Positions 55,653-64,000 of a DNA stretch of 64,000 bases are shown one piece after another. The DNA comes from Octopus vulgaris (Eukaryota): positions 41,912,001 to 41,976,000 of the forward strand of contig OX597814.1 of NCBI GenBank assembly GCA_951406725.2, given 5' to 3'. The notes beneath the pieces are model-generated. The model did not search any database, had not been told where the DNA came from, and saw only the letters and a list, made by a program, of their open reading frames with translations. A program made the translations under genes and the position numbers. Within the stretch, counting starts at the first letter, position 1. Each line of letters begins with the position of its first letter.

Positions 55653-57134
55653 CATATATATTAAACGGATCCTTATATCTGTAATTGCTTATATTAAATG
55701 TTAGTTGCAAAGGTATATAGATATATTGAAAAATGCTTCATAAAAATATTTATTACCCTCTGCTGCTCTTATTTTGGTTGTTACTGTTAATATGTATGTG
55801 TGCATGTATTATTCAGTGTATGAGCGTGTGTATATGTACTAGTGTAGATACATACACATCATATATACACACACATATATATTATTTTCAAATGGCACTG
55901 GAATTAAATCGATTGGTCGATAACATTTGACATATCAAATACCAGGAATGTCAGCAAGTCCATATAAATTACAGGAATATTTCAAACGTTTGCAATTTGT
56001 TCACTAGTAATTTGGTCGATCTGATGTCAAGTTTGTATTTTTTATGCAAATTATAGCTTATAGACAGTCACGAATATTTCCTCATCAAATTGTGAGTATT
56101 CAATTTTATAGCCATATTATATTTAGGCTCACCATTTGTAAGGCAGCACTTTGCAATGGTATCATCTTGATCTGATGAAATACATTAGCAACGGTAACAT
56201 TAATGATAAACTACTGCAATGCGACACTTTATTTTGGTAAATGATAAGAACAGCATTGAGGAATCCTGTACATAAACGATATTTATTTCAAAAAAACGGT
56301 ATTACGAAAGATATAGTTGACCCGGTATAGATTTGAAGACAAAATCAAGTTCGCGAAAAAAATGAACTATATCCATAAATACATTGAATAAGCAGCACTA
56401 CAGTAATGATACTATTATATACAATCGAATTCATACCTTACTACACATGCTTATGCTCCACTTTCAAAAAGAATATGTGCATTGTCCACCTAAATATCTA
56501 TATGCATACACCATGAAACACCTTGCAACTATGTTCGGTTTGGATGCATCGGAGTTATATATGTAGCACTAATTTCCCAACTGTGAATCCCCATATCAAA
56601 TGAGTTTAATTATGAAATGACCAGTGTTTAATATCGTTAGTACGCATGCTATATTTGTCGCTTGCAAAGGAATAAGAAACTTTAAAATATACATATATTT
56701 CAACCTATATATATATATATATATATATATAGGTTGAAAAAAGATTACAGGGCTATACAAATGAAATGTTTATATATAAAAGAGCAGGTGAAAATAGCAG
56801 ATGTGATCCATCATCGAAACCTATATTTTCTTTATAAAATGTTTAAAACCATTTTTATTGAATTCTTTCTTAAAATGAAACATCTTAGATTTACTTTTGT
56901 GCTATTTCCACCTTCATCTATAATATGTGTGTGTGTGCGAGTCCGTGTCTGTGTGTAAGTGCGAGCGTGTGTTTTTGTCTATGTGTGTGTGGGAGTATTG
57001 ATATAGAGAAGACCCAAGGTGGCAGGTAACGATATGTAAGTAATATGAAAAGACCGTACTTAAACTCTTGGCTCGATAATGATACGAGTGAGGAATCGAA
57101 TGTGGGTCTTGTATGAGCATGTATATATTAAAAA

Positions 57135-57315
57135 CAATGAGACCACAAAACCAAGACTGTGTAGAATTTTCAGGACTTCTATAAAGGGAAAGTTAGTCTT
57201 ATTATTCTTTCTGGGATATTAGGAATATCCCTTCATCAGAGACTATGGTTACATAGAGGTCAATAATAGAGTTCAATATGAGGAGTTATTTTGGAAAATG
57301 AAGCAATAAAGATTA
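57135..57315 (-). mobile_element. Hammerhead-bearing repeat fragment, copy 2
   Basis: Homologous to 30810-31000 (see above). Confidence 0.6.
57194..57245 (-). ncRNA. Minimal type I hammerhead ribozyme fold
   Basis: Minus strand: TAGTCT-CTGATGA-a-GGGATATT-cct-AATATCCC-a-GAAA-gaataa-TA-AGACTA. Perfect 6-bp stem I, intact CUGAUGA and GAAA boxes, perfect 8-bp stem II; stem III eroded. Confidence 0.65.
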
Positions 57316-58460
57316 TATACATATGTATGTGTGTGTTTGTGTGTGTGTATGTGCATTCTTTTATATTTTCACTTGTTTCTGTCATCTAAATGCGGCAATG
57401 TACGTACGTACATACATGCATGCACACGCAAACACATGGACACGCACACAGAAATACACATACACTTATATGTATATATAGTCTTGCAAAACAATGTGAT
57501 ATAATTTTATTATTTTTAGATGTGTGTAGAAAAATCGATTGCGAAAATATTCCTGAAGAAACTTGTCCTACAAAACAACAATAATCTTGATATGTAACAT
57601 CGGTGATAATTCTTTCATCACACCAGTTATGAGAATGCTATATTCATAGTCTGTAAAGTTGAAGACAATAATCTTGAAGAAATTCAATGAAAGTAGATGC
57701 TCACCTAACAATACATGATATTCAACATAAACACTTAACGTTGTTCAGTACGACATAATGAATATTGTCAATAAGAGTGACAATCACGGTATAATCATTC
57801 AATCCATGAGCAATACAGTCATATGACGGACGAAAATAAAGGTTCCTTTATTAAATTGTAAAGATAAAGCATTAATATGTGCGATAAACACACAGATATG
57901 AAATTCTTTGTACTCTGCTCGGTGATAGGAAATTCTTGAGGCATGTATCCACTCGAAATATCCGAATAATGAAAGCACGTGACTGAAACAAAAACATATC
58001 TCAAATGAATTTTGCAGTACACATGTTTATTATGCAATGTTGTAATATAGAGTATTCAAATATACGATCCTCTGAATATTTCGAAGAACTCTTAGAAACT
58101 GCCAGTGAAGTATACATCATCATTCCATTATTAGAGGGAAGTGTCTTTAGCTACGTTCCAGTGGTACTAAAAGCAACTGTAATAAAAGAGAAATTACTGG
58201 CATTAAATAACTGACAACTCTATGCAGCAGTGTGAACGATTTTTTTCGCTTTCTTTTCTTTTTTATTTTGCAAAATAAGATCAGTAGGAGATAAAATATT
58301 AAAGCATGAGCTATTTCATAACACCACAGAAACTCAATGTGAAAAAATATTGCCCGAAATGATGAAGTAACAGGAAATGACTTTGGAAATAATTTATGAA
58401 TAAAAAATAGAGACAGACATGTGAAGAACCCATGAACGAGTGATAACGATTAATATGGAA

Positions 58461-58645
58461 GAGGCAGTATCGATAGCATGCCGGGCAAAATGCATAACGG
58501 CATTTCATATGTCTTATATTCTGAGCTCTCATTCCACCGAAGTCGAATATGCGTTTTATCCTTTTGGGGTCGGGGACAGGGTGTCAATGTAATTGACTAA
58601 CCTCTTCTTCTGAAAGTGTGGGACTTGAGTCAAAATTTCAAAGCA
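58461..58645 (+). mobile_element. Old family A SINE copy
   Basis: gccgggcaaaatgc..ttctgag..ttccaccgaagtcga..ttttatccttttggggtcg. Confidence 0.75.
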
Positions 58646-59714
58646 ATGTGGTTTATAAATTAGATTGCAAACTTTATTTTTCTAGATTTTGGTACTTTGT
58701 TTTTATATTGACCAAAAATATGTATCATACATTTTGAGCTGGTCTAGCAGTTAAGAGAAGAAATAATTTTAATGATAGAGAAAATTGAAGGTAAATATTT
58801 GTAGACAATATCGTAATGAATTACTGAATCGACACCAAACATGATACCGTTAAATGAAATGCACAATGAAAACAAATTAAACACATGAAGTAGTTATGTT
58901 TTAAAAATTTAGATACGGTGCGAGGGCAGATTACGGGAATCTAGCTTAAAAGTCAAATATGAATATCGTCTACAAATGTGAGGGCTTTATAAAAAAAGGT
59001 GGAAAATACCAGATATTTCATTCAAATGTTATTTCTGAGATTTTGAACCGTTTCTGATATTAATAACGGACAGTATATAGTTCATGTGAATATATAAAAT
59101 AATTGTAGTGAAGTGCCGGATAAAAGTAGACCACAGTCACCTTCTGTTTGCATGCAGAAAAGACAACTGTTCTCATAATACACAGAGTTGCACAGCCTTG
59201 CTTAGACATTACGCACAAATAAAAACACACACATACACCTCCCTCGATTTACGACTCTGTATGTGTGTGCGTCTGTGTGTGTGTGGTGTGTATGTGCACG
59301 TGTGAATGTAGTTGAACGCCAAAGGAGACACTGGGCAATTGCTTGAAATTTCATAGACTCATAAGCATGTGTTTGGTCGTATAGTTATTTCTGCCAACAT
59401 TTCATATCATTAGACCCGTGCAAATGTTACAATATAAGTTTGTAGGTAAGAAACTCTTCACATAGTTTCTTAAATAGCTATTTTTCATGCATACGTACGT
59501 ATGGATATGCATGTGTGCAAGCGTTTCAATGAACACACGTTTCTAGAAAGAAAGACGGAGATAATGTTTCATTCTAATGTTTATTGTAAAACAACCCATC
59601 AAATGACCATCTATATCAAGATTTCTCTCCTCTATATCCAGTAGAAGTATGGACAATCCGTCCTTTCTAATCACTCGATCGATGTCAAAAGGCTTAAAAG
59701 ATCCTTCAGTCACG

Positions 59715-59857
59715 GGACAATGGATTACATGGACCCCAGGACTTAACTGGTACTTACTTTATCAACCCCAAAAGGATGAAAAGCAAGATCGGTTTCGGCG
59801 GAATTTGAACTCAGAACGTAAAGACGAATGAAATATCGCAAATCATTCTGCCAGCTC
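59715..59857 (-). mobile_element. Family A SINE copy
   Basis: actggtacttactttatcaaccccaaaaggatgaaaagcaa..cggcggaatttgaactcagaacgtaaagacg..ttctgccagctc. Confidence 0.9.
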
Positions 59858-60957
59858 TTCAACATTCTATCGGTCTTTTCTTCGCATTTCCTATCAAAGT
59901 TCGTTTACCTTTTTCTGTTGTTTCCATTCGTCACCCAACTCTGTTTTTTTTTTTTCGTGTGATTCCTATTCTTGTGTATTTAAATTTTTTTTTTTTCATT
60001 CCTTGAAATATCTCAGGATCACTTTTGAGCTGCAGCATCGAAATAAAGATGTCTTCTGTAACGCAAGCTTATTTTCTCTGTATGTCTCTCTCTTTCTCTC
60101 TTTCCCTCTCTAATTCTCTATTTTCTTTCATTCTTCTTTCTTTCGCTACACATATCTCTTTCTAATTTTGACTTTCTTGTCACTCTGTCTCATTTGTATC
60201 TCTCTTTCTTCTAAGTTCTTTCTTTTCTCTCGCATTTTTGTTTCTCCTTTATATAACATTCCTCTTTCAAAACATATTTCCGTTGCTGCATTTCCTCTCA
60301 AAATTTTAGCCACATTTTATTTCCATCTCTTGTTTGCATTCTGAACATTTCATACACTTCTATTATACTCATCTCTTTTACATCTCTTGTGAACGCTTCA
60401 ATCTTTTTAGATATTTCTCTATGGCGTGTTACTGTCTCTAGTGCATTTAATATAGTTTGCTTCCTTTTTCACGTTAGAACCTCTCTTTCTTTTCATATTC
60501 TCTATTTCGATTTCACAGACAGGCTTACACTCATAACTACTCACTGACATACCAATACACATACACATGCATATTCACGCATAATCAAACAATGTCGTCT
60601 CTCACCTTTGCTGTTTCAATGTATTCAGTGTTTCGCTTTACAATTCACGACGCTACTCCACCCCAGTTCTTAACTTTACGCCGCCACCAACACTTTCGCA
60701 TAAATGCCTAAGCACTGTGTCAGACGCTGCATTCTACCTCCCTCACATTAATTATACACTTTCATCCTTTCATTCCTTTGCTATTACCTCCTACCACTGA
60801 TTCCAGTGAATCATCCGCCGGTAGTAGATCTAGTATCCTTTTGTTACCAAGCCGAAGGTCGGCATTATGCGATTAAATTGCTATTTATTTCTTTGTGTGT
60901 TCAAAAAAGTGGGTGAATGAACATAAATACACACACACAAAAACACACACATGCATA

Positions 60958-61013
<56 letters not shown>

Positions 61014-61757
61014 TATATATGCACATGAATGCACGAGTGTATATGTACAGATATATGTCAGTAAATATGTATGAGAGATAGAAAGAAATTTCGTTTTGCG
61101 TGTAGTGTATAACCATAGATACGCAGAGATATATATGAGTTTAGGTATGTGTAGCGTGTGACTCTCTGTACACGCGCACACATACACAATGAAAGGGAAC
61201 ATGTTCTTTTATATGGTTTTCATTTACATTCTCTCGTCTCGCTTCTTGCTCGCTTCATTCAGAAAAAAAGGTAAGATATTTGATTTATTCGCTAGTATTA
61301 CATAGATGTCCAAGTTAAAATCAGAATAAGGCTAGGCATCATATATCATCTCTACGACATAATAGTTTATGTATTTAAATTGTATACAAAACATTTCTTT
61401 ACGCCAGCATGTGATTAGTTTAGTTACATTCATATATACCAACCTATAACTTTGCCTACTAAGCTGCATAAATATATGCGAACAGAAATTTATTCTCCAA
61501 GTGAAAGCGTAACTCTTCTATGTGTGACTGTTCTCTTACAAACGAGAATACAAGAAATTATTGATGCATACAAATTAATGCGTAATGTTTGTTATTATAT
61601 GTTGCAAAAACCTACATTCAAGCACATTAGAACAGACAGGTTTTTAGAGACGTGCGCACATCCAGGCAAGTGCAACTACGCATACACATATATGGATAGA
61701 CATAGATTTTCATATACATAGCTATAATTATACTTGCACGTAAATACACACAGACGC

Positions 61758-61801
<44 letters not shown>

Positions 61802-61904
61802 ACATTCAAATATATATATATCGATCTTCTTCATCATTATCTTCTTCTATTACTACTACTATTTATTATTATTATTATTATTTATTATTATTATTATTAT
61901 TATT

Positions 61905-63561
61905 GTCTTTGCATAGCTTCTAAATGCTGGAAATGTGCTATTGTGCCAGCTGTTCGCTACCATTGAACTAACGTAATACCCTCTATTTTTCGGGCACCAT
62001 CCGGACTTTTCGAGCTGTTCCAAGCAGTGATGTTTTCTGTAAATATTCCACACGTATTGCAGCCACTATTTGCTCCATGTACTTCTCAAGATTTTTATTC
62101 CCTGTTCCCAGGGCTCCGACGATTATTGGTACTACTACCATCTATTTCATCGACCAAAACTGTTTAACATCCCAAGCTAACCTGGTTTATCTATTGACTT
62201 CCCTTTCTTCCTTATCGCATACTTTGTCGTCAGATGGTTGGGCTATATTTATGATCCAGCATCGTTTGCATTCTTTCCCAAATTGCATTGCGTCTTATTC
62301 CTATTCTCTATCTCATGGTCACACTGAATCATAAAATCTCATAGGATCTTTGCATTTCTATTTTCGATGATGACTCCGAGTTTATGTTCGTCCCACTGTT
62401 TTGCGCTGTCAAGTCCATACGTGTTGCAAAGTGTCCAGTGGACAATCCTCCTTACATTATCATGAAGTCTCATACTTTTCCGGGGCTGGTGGCGTACATT
62501 GACTGGTAATATGCCATACGGTTTCACCATCCTGTCCACAAATTCTGCACGTATCACTTTCTCACGTGCTCTCTAACCTGTATTTGATGTAATTGGCTCT
62601 TAATGCTTGTTCTTGGGTAACACAGATTGGAGACTCCATTTCCAGTTTTATATTACTTTTATTATATCCATAGCCACGTTTTTACTCTGTATGTCTTGTC
62701 TTCAACTTACCTATGAATTTGTCCATGCATTCTTTTGTTTGCCAGGTTCATGCTGCTTATTATTGATAAAGTTTTTTTTTTTTATTTTGGTGGGGCTGTT
62801 AATGTCGGTGGTCCATACTGAGATCTTTGGCTTACAATATTTGATTATACCTATCATAATCAATAATTTTGTCTTCATAATTTCCAGGTTTTATTTTTTA
62901 TCGTATTCCCTCCGGTTCAAATTTTTGTTTGTGTTATTCTGGTTTGGTGTATTTTACTTGTCATTATACATTCCTACGGTCTGGGTTTGTTATCTTTCGT
63001 TGTTTACTTAGAGTTTCTTGGACATGTACATCTGTCTTCGTATTTTACAGTCCCAGTGCTTATGATATTATTTGGCAGACCTGTGTAGTTACTATGTACG
63101 TTTTCCTGATGTACATTTCCTTTTAAGTGTTATGTTTCTATTTCAAATATTTTTGCTTTTGTTTTGAGAATATATCTCCACATGTTAGTTTATTAGGGAT
63201 CATTGCAGTATTCATGTCTTTATCTATGTCATTGACCCTGAAGATTTTATATATATATGTTGTATTTTCGTTCAGTGGGTGGGTGGAACACTGCTGTAAA
63301 ATTAGAGTGTAGGATTGAAATATATTCTCACCTGTCCATTGATGCTCTTTTTGATATTATTTGCTGGACATGTGGAATACTGTCCAACGATTTATTTTGA
63401 TGGTCATAATTTTCGTAGCGTACCGGTTCGTACATTTCTGGTGTTAAATGGTTTTGCATGTATACTTTTCCCTACTTTTTGTGTAAAAAGTTTAAAGTAC
63501 GTAATTCCCGTTTGTTATCCATGGTTGAGTAATAGGGGTATAATTTAATGTATTTTTCACA

Positions 63562-63566
<5 letters not shown>
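61905..63566 (-). mobile_element. Internally deleted R4/Dong-type non-LTR retrotransposon (restriction-like endonuclease)
   Basis: Minus strand across frameshifts: ..MHGQ..QEQALRANYIKY..CRICGQDGETVWHITSQC (CCHC knuckle)..HDNVRRIVHWTLC..EN.NAKIL*DFMIQCDHEIENR..CWIINIA.P.D..VVVPIIVGALGT..LQKTSLLGTARKVRMVPEK*. Flanked by (TAA)n at 61847-61904 and 63567-63639. No RT motifs seen. Confidence 0.9.

Positions 63567-63639
<73 letters not shown>
63567..63639. repeat. (TTA)n microsatellite
   Basis: Perfect array bordering the LINE. Confidence 0.95.
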
Positions 63640-64000
63640 GGTCATAATCATAGATCGATGCACATTAATTTGAATTTTTGGTCGCTGAGATAGTTACGAC
63701 TGATACGCGTTGGATGCAAATACAACGTCATACATACATGAAACCTGAATTAAACATTAACGATATGCGTTTGGCAAGCATGCGGTCCAGGATTGCATAT
63801 TAGTTTTATTTCTCATACACTTGACATTAGAAAATAGAACACCACTAGTAGCCTTAGAGTGCTCGTTGGCATTTACGTGACGTTTACTGTCTCATAACAA
63901 TTTAACATTTGGATTGCGTTTGGTTTGCGAATGTCGGTTTGTGGCATGTAAAATTGTGTACTAATTTAGATTTTGATATGTTACGAAGACAAATATATTC

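Overview
This is AT-rich eukaryotic genomic DNA with very dense (AT)n, (CA)n, (AG)n and trinucleotide microsatellites. The recurring SINE families resemble those I know from octopod cephalopods (Octopus); that assignment is from recall, not a search. I found no recognisable complete host protein-coding gene, rRNA, true tRNA or CRISPR array, and most supplied ORFs are microsatellite read-throughs. The window looks like a large intron or intergenic interval built from transposon debris. It holds about 15 tRNA-derived SINE copies, two RTE-type LINE 3' fragments and two restriction-like-endonuclease (R4/Dong-type) LINE relics, one lacking RT and bracketed by (TAA)n. It also holds a probable non-autonomous Helitron with a nested SINE and a decayed 23-aa (STPR-like) repeat reading frame. 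The most notable signals are two homologous copies of an element carrying a minimal type I hammerhead-ribozyme fold (30890-30939 +, 57194-57245 -), a ~575-bp inverted-repeat fold-back (11212-11787), and two minus-strand candidate host gene pieces (9033-9313, 27283-27460). None is established as a new biological system without searches or experiments.
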